64,000 bases of DNA, taken from contig NC_079166.1 of NCBI RefSeq assembly GCF_947568905.1, positions 19,282,001 through 19,346,000 of the forward strand. Direction: 5' to 3'. This document shows, in pieces, positions 24,430-36,096 of this stretch. The position numbers were made by a program, and so were the translations under genes. Within the stretch, counting starts at the first letter, position 1; every line of letters starts with the position of its first letter. A model generated the notes under the pieces. The model saw nothing but the letters and a program-made list of their open reading frames with translations, did no database searches and was not told where the DNA came from. The DNA is from Ostrea edulis. Taxonomy: Eukaryota.

Positions 24430-25793
24430 CAATAAACTTTCACCGCAGCAGCAGAATTGATAATTAAGGCATAACAATGACTTCTGGATTAGAGTTAAAT
24501 GTAGCTATTTTAAAAATTTAAAATATTATTTTTTGGCCCAGAAGCTTATTTGAATGAGGTAAGCTTTGACCAAATCAAAAGTCAAAAGGAGCCCAATTAT
24601 ACCTTAAAACACGCTGAATTGGGTTTTTCCCTAGTTCTTTAAACAGGATGAGGGTTAAACACTGTTAAAAGCGTCTAAAATTAGGCCTACGTAGACGACG
24701 AGTAAATTCGGACTATGGAGGGTCGATTTCCACTATTATATGCGTGAACAATAAATGTTTTTGGTATCAATCGAGAGTAAAATAATAAGGCTTTCCATTT
24801 ATATCCTGCGTTGTGACTATGATAAGAAATGCATTTTTCATAAGTGATATTAAATAAATATAAACAAGTAAACATAGTTTGATGTTCAGTTTTTATATTG
24901 TACATAATATATATCATCAATTTACATATATGTAATTTGGGTTAAATCCAAAAGATCTACAGGGCCCAGTCACCTGAGTTTGACACATGTTGGTAGGAAT
25001 TTGTGATCGGGGCAGAAGAATTACCAACAACATCCATTATATAAACTTCCTGCAGTTTCTGTAGGAGCCAAACTGATCACTTCCTGCATCAATTCAAAGG
25101 CTTAATCTGAAATACACATTCATATGTCTGATTATTTTTATTAAAATGATAACAAAACGTTACAATTCAATAAACATATACTTATTGTCTAGTACTATGA
25201 ATATCCACTCACATTCATACTAATTATGTGGGTCAATTTAAAAAATGTAGATATTTGAGGTGAAGAAAAACAAAATGGCCAATGTCGCAGAAAATTAATT
25301 TTCATATTAATGAAGCACAGTAAAATAAATGTCTATACTATTTAATACCAATGTTCTTTAATATTTTCTTCATTGAAATTGCTATTTCATTCAAGTATTT
25401 CAAATAATTTAATGCAATTAGTACATAGAAATGAAAATAAGTATGCCAATGGTCAAAATTGACCTACATGTAAAATTTGTACATATATTCCGTTTCTTTT
25501 TCCAACAACTGAATTTACTTAATGATAGTGAAGTTGAATTTTTCATCTCATAATTATAAGAATATTATAAAAATATGATTGTAGGAAACATTCATTTATT
25601 AATTTCACAATTTATCTATTTAGTAAATTGTAAAATTGCTCTTTTTTTGGGGGGGGGTTGTTCTGTAACTTGGGAAATTTGCACAGTATCCATATATATA
25701 TATATCATGTGTGTAATCATGCTTAGCAACTATCCAGTATGTTTCTGTGTAACATGTACTCAGTCATGTAGGTGTTTTTCATTATGTGTCATT

Positions 25794-25848
25794 TTTCTCC
25801 TGACGAGTGAGGGGTAATTATACCCTTACGAAACAGCCTGTAGAGAAA
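25794..25848 (+). ncRNA. Type I minimal hammerhead ribozyme (PLE pseudo-LTR remnant)
   Basis: TTTCTC-CTGACGA-GTGAGGG-loop-CCCTTAC-GAAA-CAGCCTG-TA-GAGAAA: 6-bp stem I, 7-bp stem II, canonical core, predicted cleavage after GUA 25842. Confidence 0.85.
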
Positions 25849-25955
25849 TAAATGTTATGTGATTGAAATCCAACTGATCATCAATTTATGTAGCTCCGTG
25901 AGGCCACGTCGAGCACTCTAGAAGATTATATCAGAGATCTATCCATATATATATA

Positions 25956-26647
25956 CAGGTAACTCTCGAATTATCGCCACTCAATTCATCGCCATTTTCG
26001 TTATAACGCCGCATTTTTCTAGGAACATTTTTCCTGTTACTTAAAACTCTCGTTAAAACGCCAAATTCGCTATCGCCATTTGCCATAGTGTTTTCATTAC
26101 AAAAGTCTATTTCAACGTGTTAATTATCTCGATAAACCGCCATGGGTGCACGTGGTCAGTGAAGCAGTAAATTGGTCATTATCAATCTCCAGCGTACACC
26201 TGGACAGAAGGATCCCAGTAATTGTTGTATTGAATAAACAAGAACAATACTCGAGATGAACTGTAGTCAAGTTGTTTATACATCAAAGAAACACATTTCA
26301 ATTTAGCTATGGCTTCGCCACGAAAGAGGGTCCTGTTAAATTTCGATGAGAAAAAGCAAATCATTACGTACCAAGAACATCATCAAAAATGTACCCATCA
26401 GGATATTGCAAATCATTTTTCTGTTTTATGGGAAAAGTCTATATAAAAAGAAGGACAGTGGGCGACATCTTTGCAGCAAAGGATCGCTCACTTACATAAG
26501 TATTGTAAATAGAGGAAAGATAACTTACATATAAAAGAACAGTAACTCTATTTCTTCAAGATGGCAGTGATTCAATTCATCGCCAAATTCGTTATAATGC
26601 CATAATTTCATAAGAACAAAAGGTGGCGGTTTATCGAGAGTTGACTG
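25956..26647 (+). mobile_element. pogo/Tigger (Tc1-mariner) deletion derivative
   Basis: TA TSDs; CAG(G/T)(T/C)AACTCTCGA TIRs; ATG at 26309 encodes CENP-B-like HTH MASPRKRVLLNFDEKKQII..HQDIANHF..(K)RRTVGDI with a frameshift. Confidence 0.85.
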
Positions 26648-27154
26648 TATGCAGAAAAAGTCCATGGTGTAGGTATTTTAAAAATAGAAAAAATATATCC
26701 AATGACAACTAAGTATATATGCTTCACATTTAATTAATCAAATGTGGATCATGTGTACTTAATCAAGTTGTATGCATAATTAGCGGATATAAGAACCACA
26801 GGTACTGCAGGTCTGAGTTATAGAATATTCCGCTAATCTTTGTTTATATTGTATTGTATTTTTTATTGGTTTTTAGCCTTGCGGCTCATCAGCATAACAT
26901 ATATACATTTAATTACAGAGTAAAAACAAAAAAGTTGTGTACAGTATGAAAAGTGGAGTGAATATTAGAGGATGGACATAAATACACGGACATACATGAA
27001 GAGAGTTATAAGTCAAGTTTACATTTAAAAAAAAAAAACCAGCATAATACATTAGACGATAGTTTGGCTAGATTGTAAAAGTAAAACACTTTTTAAAAAT
27101 GTACCCAGGTTACTAAGTTGTTTTCTATTTTGAATTGACATCAGTTGTACCAGT

Positions 27155-27830
27155 TTAAACATAGAAGCATGGGACCAATGATACTTTTTTTATAAACGAG
27201 TAAGCAGATCTGAGGTTTTTGAACAATGGACATATTAAAATAAAATGATATTCGTCCTCAATTTCGTTCAAATTACAAAATTCACACAATCGATCTTGTC
27301 TTGTTGTTCCATTATATCTACCTTGTTCAATTCTAAGCTGGTGAGCAGACAATCTAAATTTTGCTAAAAGATTAATAAGATTTTCCGGAATAGATTTTGT
27401 CAAGTAAGACTGAATAGTAACATTATCAATAAAGTATTTATACAGAATACATTTGGGTGAATTATTAAAAAAAAAAAATTCATCACGTGACTGCATCAGA
27501 TTTTACGAATAACTCCATTTACCTGATTGGGATATATGGCTTGCCTTAAAGTAAGACCAAGATAATTAAAGCTGTTAACAACTTCTAAATCACTATCATT
27601 GTAAAACCATTTGTAGGTGGCGTTTAATTTTTTTCCATTACGGAAGATAAGAACTTTTGGTGGTTTTTTTTTAATGTTAACTTTTAGGTCCCATTCGTTA
27701 CAATACACTGATACAATATTTAGCATGTTTTGTAAACCTGTAGCTGATTCAGGAAAAAGTACAGTATCATCAGCGCACATTAGCAAGAACAAAGCTACAA
27801 CCTTAATGTCAATTACATCACTAAATCTCA
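27155..27830 (-). mobile_element. CR1/L2-group LINE 3' fragment
   Basis: LLMCADDTVL..GLQNML..YC..W.LKVN..K..FNYLG and FRLSAHQLRIEQGRY..RLC.FC..EIEDEYHFILIC. Confidence 0.8.
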
Positions 27831-27894
27831 TATAATAATTTATGATTCTCAAAATCATTCACATAGAGAGAGAGAACAAAAGGGGGACAACCCC

Positions 27895-28080
27895 TATAGT
27901 TATGCGGTACTGAGTTTATAGAATTTACACCGCTAATTTCCCTTTCGTTGATTATCCGTCACTAAGTTATATAACATACCGCTAATCTTTGTTTAGTTCA
28001 TTATCCGTTACTGAGATATATACAATGCATATCGCTCATCTTTACATATTTATTTAATTATCCGTTATGGAGATATATTG
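27895..28080. repeat. Degenerate ~50-bp tandem units (ATTATCCGTYACTRAG..TACCGCTAATCTTT); related unit at 26800-26850
   Basis: Direct reading; the LINE fragment lies between the two parts. Confidence 0.5.
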
Positions 28081-28181
28081 GGAGTAAATAGAATCCTTTT
28101 TACTCTTTCAGCGGAAGAAAAACTTGTCAGAATTTTGTGAATGTATGCATGACATGAAGATCTGCAGAGTGTCTCAAAGCT

Positions 28182-28267
28182 CATCTTCGTTAGCCAAGGG
28201 TTTGTGATCCGCTCCGCTTTCTTGTAGAGAAGCGGAGCAGATTGTAAACCCTTGGCTAGCGAAGCTA
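28182..28267. mobile_element. Short hairpin element, CATCTTCG(C/T)TAGCCAAGGG family
   Basis: Same terminal arms as 62261-62338, different internal stem; no clean TSD. Confidence 0.7.
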
Positions 28268-28663
28268 AGAACTTCCCGAATTGTAAAAAGTATAAGAAAA
28301 CAGAAAATATATGTAACTGAATATTCCCCATAATTTTCAGATTTTGTTTTATAGTTCAAACCTTGGAGAATAAGATTAATTTCCAGTATCAGAATTTTAC
28401 TCAATATGCCAGGTTTAGATAATATTTCTCTTTTATCAAGGTTTCGTAGGTCTACTGCAAAATTCGTATAGGCCTACAGCTAATGTATTTATCAGACAAT
28501 GCGCGACACAGGAAGGTTAGCCCCATAACGGGAGTGTGGGAGTTACTTCTCATAATTATTAATTATTATAGGTCCAATGCATGGGCGAGGTAATTAAAAT
28601 TGGTCTTCACTTCTTCCTGAAAGTGTTTTGGAATGTATACTTTAAATGTAACCTTGTATATTA

Positions 28664-28947
28664 CATAGGTGCTTGAGGACAGGACCCCCCCCCCCCCCCC
28701 CCCCATATATAGACCCTCGGGCCTTTTCGACTTTTTTTTCTTTCATAAATCATCTTTTTATAATCTAACCTATACCATCGATCCGAAAAATTACCTAAAA
28801 TAAACGTTTTATAAAAATTCGTAACCCACTCTATATATAAAAACTTTATATATAGAGTGGGTTACGAAAAGATGATTTATTAAAAAAAAAAGTCGAAAAG
28901 GCCCGGGGGTCTATATGGGAGGGGGTTCCTGTCCTCAAGCACCTGTG
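28664..28947. mobile_element. hAT-like MITE
   Basis: CA(T/C)AGGTGCTTGAGGACAGG long TIRs; 8-bp TSD GTATATTA/GTATATTT; internal hairpin TCGTAACCCACTCTATATATAAA. Confidence 0.75.
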
Positions 28948-29685
28948 GTATATTTCATATATATTCCAGGATCATATTTACGTAGTGTTTTGTTGTACAG
29001 AATATTTTAAAATAGCCGTTTTGTAACTTCCATTTGTGTTTTTAATTACCCTACTGAAGTAGGGTTGCAAAAATAAGTCTATAGACTCATTTATGTTCCT
29101 CTCCACGGAAATCTTTAGTAAAAGGCGAAAGATTTAATCGTGGATTGAAGAGAAACCAGAGTAAATTAAATTTAGGTAAGTTTAATACTTATACCATTTT
29201 CAAATGACGCTCAATGCGTTTAAATTATTATGCATTTTTACGACTTTATTTATCAAAATTTTATATAAGCAATTCTTTGTCTATAAATTAACTCAAATAA
29301 TAGTTATTGTACTTTAATATCATTTTTCTTGTTTATTTTATTTGGTACAAAAACACATCAAAAATCAATAACATTGTTTAAAGTGATTCATTTTCAAAAT
29401 ATGGGATATTCATTGTCAAAGGGACATAACCTGTATAGTATTTACAACAATAATAAAATTAACAAAAAAAAAAAAAAAAAAAAAAAAAGCCTTGGAGAAG
29501 GCTTATATAGGCTGCAAGACTGCTGCCTAATCCATTTATGTTTCATACATAATAAAATATTGTTTAAATAACAACAACAAAATAATTAAAAAAAAAATTA
29601 AACAAACTAAAAAGAAAGAAATAAAAGAGAAAGAAAAATAACGCTACTGTGCTTCCCTTCGATTCTACGTTTTTAAAGTACTATA

Positions 29686-30100
29686 AGCTCTAAATCAGAA
29701 AATTTTATTTTTGTTGTAAAACTGCTGTTTAGCCTAGCCTATAATACGAATAGTTTTGTATGTACATAACTTCAACCATAGTCATTGATACATTTTAAAC
29801 TAAGTTTAAGATTTTATTCAAAATAAGGATTTCGGTTTTAGATATTGAATATATAGCATTATATAAAATCAAAATTGGTACTGTATAAGTTTTACATAGA
29901 AATCAATTTTTGCACGGGAAAACAATAATGTAATTCTACATTATTCAGAGCCTCTGGATAGGTTTTCTAATACTCATACATGTATTAATAACAAAAGTTT
30001 ATAAACCTTATTTTTGCTGTCATTGAAATAGTAAATCACAATTTTGGAACAAAAATTTTCAGACATCAAAATGAGAGCTAGTATTGCTTTGTAAAACTAC
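29686..30100. repeat. Dispersed ~400-bp repeat family, second copy 51700-52060
   Basis: Collinear motifs GCTCTAAATC, TATAGCATTATAT, TTTTGCACGGGAA.ACAATAATGTAATT, CAGAGCCTCT, AGTTTATAAACCTT. Confidence 0.75.
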
Positions 30101-30140
30101 ATCGATATATTTATATGCATACAGATAGCTTAACAAAACT

Positions 30141-30340
30141 CTGGTGAAGAGATATTATTTGTCGAAATGCGCATCTGGTGCATCAAAATTGGTACCGTAT
30201 AAGTTTTACATTATGACCCCTGGGTCGAGGCCTCTGCTGGTGGACTGTTAGTCCCCGAGGGTCTCTACAGCCCAGTAGCTAAGTACTTCGTTATTACTAG
30301 CTTTAAAATATGGATGTATATTTAATTGCTGTGATAAAAT
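30141..30340 (+). ncRNA. PLE terminal repeat with a variant minimal hammerhead
   Basis: CTGGTGA-A-GAGATATTATTTGTC-GAAA-TGCGCA-TC: palindromic stem III ATGCGCAT, A6G core variant, weak stem II; followed by a structured tail. Confidence 0.5.
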
Positions 30341-32829
30341 TTAGAAATGCATGCATAACTCTGGTCCTTATACGAGTTTGAATTCAGCCTTTGGCACTCT
30401 GTTTTTCTTCTTAGTGCTTACAAGTTTATCGTTACATGTATTTTGGACGGTCTGTTGCATCCCCCTCCTGCTACATGAAGTTTTTAATGTCCGATTCCCA
30501 ATCCTCGTGCCTTCCAAACCACTCCCCTCCGGCGGGGGGATCTTTAAATCCACAGTTGTATAAGAAATGACCACAGTATAAAATTAAACAAATTTTGAAT
30601 GGAAAACTTACGTCTAAGTGAAATAACTCATTCATGTCGTAGTTGCTCTGAATTTTGAGCTGTTTTCTCGTGTTGTAGAGATTTTAGTTTGTCTAAATAA
30701 AACATAACACGTACAGTGTTTTGCTTTTTTCCCAAAATTGATTCCAATTCTACATGTATACAGTGGATGTAAGGACATTCAGAGACTTCAATAATAGTGT
30801 ATATGATAGCAAATCTTAAACCTCAGAATGGTTACAATTTAATATCAATAACATTATTTTACTTTGCATTAAATATTACCGCCGTGTGAACGCTATTTAA
30901 TTCGAATTAATTTAATGCGCATTATTTTACTTCGCATCAAATTTAATGCGAAGTAAAATTTAATGCGCATCCGTGTAAACGAGGCATTAAGAAGATGTTT
31001 TTATAAATGTTTTACACATAGATACCATATACTACCAGCTTTACATTGTGTAATTATCTTACAAAGCTAGCTTTACATTCCGTATGATTATCACTAAATT
31101 ACAAAATATTTTACAACCGGCATAGTCTGAATTATTATGAAAGACAACTCTTAAATATTTTGTGACATTGTAACGTGCATACACCATATGAGTTATATTT
31201 CTTGATATAATGAAACTTGTTCAGTGCGCGGATCGGGGGGGGGGGGGGGGGGGGGGGCAACCAGGTGTTTGAAGACGATACAATTATAGTACACTGTAAT
31301 ACGAAATACACACAATGCAATTTAGGCCTACAGTAAAAATAAGCAAGCAAGCAAATTTCCATTCAGTAACCTGAAAATTTTAAAAGATATTACATGTAAT
31401 TATAATTAGTTACATTTTTCTTATCAAATTTATGGAATTGAAAAAATGAAAAAAGAAAAACAAAAGGATATGCTAACGTAAGGTCAAGGTCGCTATAAGG
31501 TATTGTAGTAATTTTCTTACAAACGAGATTTCTTATGCACGTACGGTAGTATTTGTAGTATGTATTCGATTTCAATGACATTTGCAACAATGCATTTTCT
31601 TACTTCAATATCTTGGTTCAGACTAATTTCAAGGTCATATATTTTAGGTCAAGGGTATTGGATTGAGATTACAATAATTCAATACTCAGGATTGCTATTT
31701 TACAATATTCCATGGTGCGAGCCTGCAGAACTTAATTAATGTTTGTGTGTTTGTTCTTACAATGCTGTTCATAATGTGTATTTTAAATTGACGAATCCGA
31801 TAAAAAAAATAATGAAAACAAACAGTTTTAGCAGTTTGACATCTAGAATTATCCCAATGGCATCGGGTCATAAGATAAAAAGTGGCGTAGATTGATTTTG
31901 GCATGGGGCGTCATCATTTTCTGACATTCAAACAAATGTAATAGATCTATGCACGTGGCATACCAGATGTATTCTGAAATAATCAAGTCCATATAAACCA
32001 ATGGAGTTTAAATGGAACGCAAAGTTACTCCACGAAAAGACGAATTTATTTTACGTTTCCTCCTTCAGGTGCTGGACCAGCGCAGCGTGTGGTTTTGTGG
32101 TTTTTGAAATGATAATTATAATTAACCTTTTTAGACTCCAAAGAGTAAGAAAGCCGCTGGGGATGTAGAGCGTGGCGTAGTCACGTGATTAGAGATGCAG
32201 GTGTCACCAGGGTATTCATATTCATAGTTTGTTCTACAACATTTAAAAAAAAATCATAATTGTTGATTACATTTTAAAAGACAAGGCGTAAAGGTTAGAG
32301 GTCAGGCCAATGTTTCAATTACATACGTTGATGAATTGATTTATAAATAATCTTCAGGTCATAGGCCGTGTTATATATGTGGCTAGTGATTTTCAATGAA
32401 GTTCGCAAATAGAATTACATGCCCTTTGTTGATGGTGTGAAATGGGAGCAGAAGATCTATTCTGGGACGTTTCAAAGTTCAACTAAAAGGGGGTTTTCAA
32501 CCTTTATTAAATAAATGAACACAATTTTAACAAACATTAATTTTGTATGACATTGTGCTGTACTTTATGACATACATGCATAGTAGTGAGGTATTAGAAA
32601 TAACTCCATTTTCCCAAACTCCAAACTCTTCGAGGTTAAATATATTTATATAAAACCCGATCTAATTTTGTTAATGTTATATTTTTAGATAAACTCTTAT
32701 CTCTTTTGTCGATATTGCATGTATATATTTAGATAAACTGCGATCTCTTTTTAAAGGTTATATATTTAGACAAACTCTGATTTATTTTTATTTTTGTGGT
32801 TATATATATTTAGATAAATCCCGATCTTT

Positions 32830-32864
<35 letters not shown>

Positions 32865-33081
32865 ACAAGAACGTCTGAATATACAATACACACCGAATGT
32901 AAATTGATTGTAAGTTGTTTGATTAATACCCCCCCCCTCCCCCCCGTAATGTGCACGTGGTCCTCCGTGTATTCGACGTTGTTTCCCAGCCTTCTGTACA
33001 GAACGTTAGTCATCTTCCGTGTGGAAAAAAGCATGGAGTAAAAAAGGCAAAAGAAAGTAAACAAAGAATTAGCAGCCTGTG

Positions 33082-33488
33082 AAGTCAAATAATCATCAGG
33101 CATATCCACACTGATCATGTCTTGACAGTCTATAAAGTCAAATAATCACTAGGTATATCCACACTGATCATGTCTTGACAGTCTATAAAGTCAAATAATC
33201 ACTAGGCATATCCACACTGATCATGTCTTGACAGTCTATAAAGTCAAATAATCACTAGGTATATCCACACTGATCATGTCTTGACAGTCTATAAAATCAA
33301 ATAATCACTAGGCATATCCACACTGATCCTGTCTTGACAGTCTATAAAGTCAAATAATCACTAGGTATATCCACACTGATCATGTTTTGACAGTCTAGAA
33401 TGTCAAATAATCACTAGGCATATCCACACTGATCATGTCTCGACAGTCTATAAAGTCAAATAATCACAAGGCATATCCACACTGATCA
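33082..33488. repeat. 53-bp minisatellite, ~7.7 units
   Basis: AAGTCAAATAATCACTAGG(C/T)ATATCCACACTGATCATGTCTTGACAGTCTATA at 33082, 33135, 33188, 33241 and onward. Confidence 0.95.
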
Positions 33489-34503
33489 CGCAGGAAGATA
33501 TAGAATCACAAAAACTTGACAGCTCAAAGAGTTTGGGTTGTTGTCTGACTATGGCCTAAGTAAGTTGATCTGATTAGTTTATTGGGCAAGAGTGCATTTT
33601 TGCACCATCATTAATTAACACGTCCTCCGTTTAGAATACTATCAATTCGCAATTTGCGGATTGGCCCATTTGAGAAATAGTTCGCCCCTAACCCCATTTT
33701 GATTAGCAAGCAAAAAACAACAAGCAAAAAACAATAAACACATTATTAGTTGTGCTGGATTATTTGTTTGTAAATTTAATGCTAGCCTTATTTAAAAACA
33801 ACAACACATTCTTACTCGTGTAAAACTTTTTATATACACAATCAAAACATAATCAGCCCTAGTTCAAAATATTAGAAGTCATTTTGAGAAACCTTACCAT
33901 GGATGTTCCCCAAGTCATTTAGTTTGTCATGCAACTCGGCCTCCAAACATTAGATCTAGTGATTATATCACTATGCATTCACTCAATTGTCAGAAAGATG
34001 TATAAAATCTAACAATGCTCTTATCATAATACGTATAATCAGGCAAGATTTTTAAAAAGAAGAGAAAATGCATAAAAAGTAAGTGAACATATTCATGATA
34101 CAGGGAAAAAAAATCTCAATCCTGGACTCGAAACTAGGAAAACATACTTCACATTTTTGTCTGCCTGGCCAAAGCAGAAAAAATAACCAAAAAAAAAAAA
34201 AATGAATAAAGATTGTTCCCGTGGGGATTGCTTATATAGCTTTGTTAACTATTGACATTCAAGAGAATTTCACTGACGTCTGAATTACAGAAAGACTCCC
34301 AAACCACAAAGATCACAACCTTTTATGAAACCACAAAATGAACTACATTATCTGACAAAGTCTGAACATAGAGAAAAAATCAATACAATAATTAATTTTT
34401 GATCGTCTGTAATTACGATGATGTTGATACATTATACAAAGTAGCGATTGAGCTTGAATGAGAAAGAAATAAACTCCAGCTAATGTATAGTAAGTCCGTA
34501 ACT

Positions 34504-34863
34504 CTTCAGTAAATATAGCGCGAAGATGTCGCTACACTTCAGTAAACATAGCACGTAGATGTCGCTACACTTCAGTAAACATAGCACGTAGATTTGTCCT
34601 ACATTTCAGTAAACATAGCACGTAGATGTCGCTAATAGCACGTAGATGTCGCTACACTTCAGTAAACATAGCACGTATATATCGCTATACTTCAGTAAAC
34701 ATAGCACGTAGATATCGCTATACTTCAGTAAACATAGCACGTATATATCGCTATACTTCAGTAAACATAGCACGTAGATATCGCTATACCTCAGTAAACA
34801 TAGCACGTAGATATCGCTACATTTCAGTAAACATAGCACGTAGATATCGCTACTCTTCAGTAA
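34504..34863. repeat. 33-bp minisatellite, ~11 units
   Basis: CTTCAGTAAACATAGCACGTAGATATCGCTATA variants. Confidence 0.95.
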
Positions 34864-35196
34864 TCGTGGCAAATACACTACACATCTCATCCTCTAAAAT
34901 GATTAGGTAAAGCAATCTCATAAAGTACACAAATTTCTTTTCAATGCCGAAATATTTTGGTGAATCTTTGACAACTTGATTGACACAGTAGGAAATATAG
35001 ATCAAATAATCAATCATAGTTCAGTCTGGTGAATAACCTGAAAAGGAAACCAACCAGAAAAGGAAACCATGTGGAGGATCTGACGGGCGTGCCACCTTAA
35101 CGCTGCAAAATTTGCTGTCAGAAACATTGTCGCAAAATGTTTCTTATTCAAAGAAACGTGAAGAAAATTCTAGTATGTGCACATGTTTTACATTAT

Positions 35197-36087
35197 TGTC
35201 TGACGTGTTTCATGCCGATTGTTAGGCCGTTCTTGGTACACTGATTTTGACTACGGATTACTCCATTTACCTGATTAAGACAGGGCTCACGGCGGGTGTG
35301 ACCGGTCGACAGGGGATGTTTACTCCTCCTAGGCACCTGATCCCACCTCTGGCATATCCAGGGGTCCGTGTTTGCCCAACTCTCTATTTCTATTGCTTAT
35401 AGGAGCTATGAGATTGATCACTGTTCGTTATCTTCACCTTTCATTCATATGTCGATTTGATATATCCCTGTGAGCTCGAAATAAAGGACACCACAGAGTC
35501 GTCCACTTCTGCTTCATACTTAGATATTTTATTGAAAGTAGACATTAACGGCAAACTGACAACTCAACTGTATGATAAACGGGATGATTTCAGCTTCTCC
35601 ATCGTCAACTTCCCATATTTATGTAGCAATATTCCATTATCACCTGCATATGGTGTTTATATATCTCAACTCATTCGATATCCAAGAGCTTGTTCTGCGT
35701 ATAATCAGTTTTTAAATCGAGGTAAGCTACTGACAAAAAAGTTGATGGTACATGGGTTTCAACAGTCTCGATTGAAGTCAGCATTTTGCAAATTCTATGG
35801 TCGTTATAACGATCTAGATCGTCAATACAATCTATCATTGGGTCAAATGCTGTCTGACGTGTTCCATACCGATTGTTAAGCCGTTTTTGGCACACTAATT
35901 TTGACTGCGGATAACTCCGTTTACCTGAACATGGTGGGTGTGACCGGTCGACAGGGGATGTTTACTCCCCCTAGGCACCTGATCCCACCTCTGATATGTC
36001 CAGGGGTTCGTGTTTGCCCAACTATCTATTTTGTATTGCTTGTAGGAGTTATGAGATTGATCACTGTTCGTTATCTTCACTTTTCAT
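35197..36087 (+). mobile_element. Naiad-like Penelope element: pseudo-LTR (35197-35444) plus 5'-truncated body (35445-36087)
   Basis: RT thumb IYPCELEIKDTTES..SASYLDI..LYDKRDDFSFSIVNFPYLCSNIP..AYGVYISQLIRY; ORF stops at 35879 with no C-terminal GIY-YIG; a direct duplicate of the 3' end sits upstream. Confidence 0.85.
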
Positions 36088-36096
36088 AAGAATGTC

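Larger units (their letters stand above)
13674..24741. mobile_element. AcademH-like DNA transposon (~11 kb), defective
   Basis: Perfect 77-bp inverted repeats at 13674-13750 and 24665-24741 enclose convergent transposase and RecQ-like helicase pseudogenes; no long TSD found. Confidence 0.75.

Noticed and set aside
30230-30290. Minus-strand hammerhead
   Set aside because: CUGUAGA and GACUAA do not match the CUGANGA/GAAA core; better explained as ordinary hairpins.
33082-34910. 53-bp and 33-bp arrays as CRISPR arrays or repeat-protein genes
   Set aside because: Contiguous tandem units with no unique spacers and no cas genes; the ORFs are a by-product of a unit length divisible by three.
35283-35377. 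HDV-like ribozyme assignment for the PLE 3' domain
   Set aside because: P1/P2 crossing is present, but there is no GG for P1.1, and no P4 or J4/2 catalytic C between the P1 3' and P2 3' strands.
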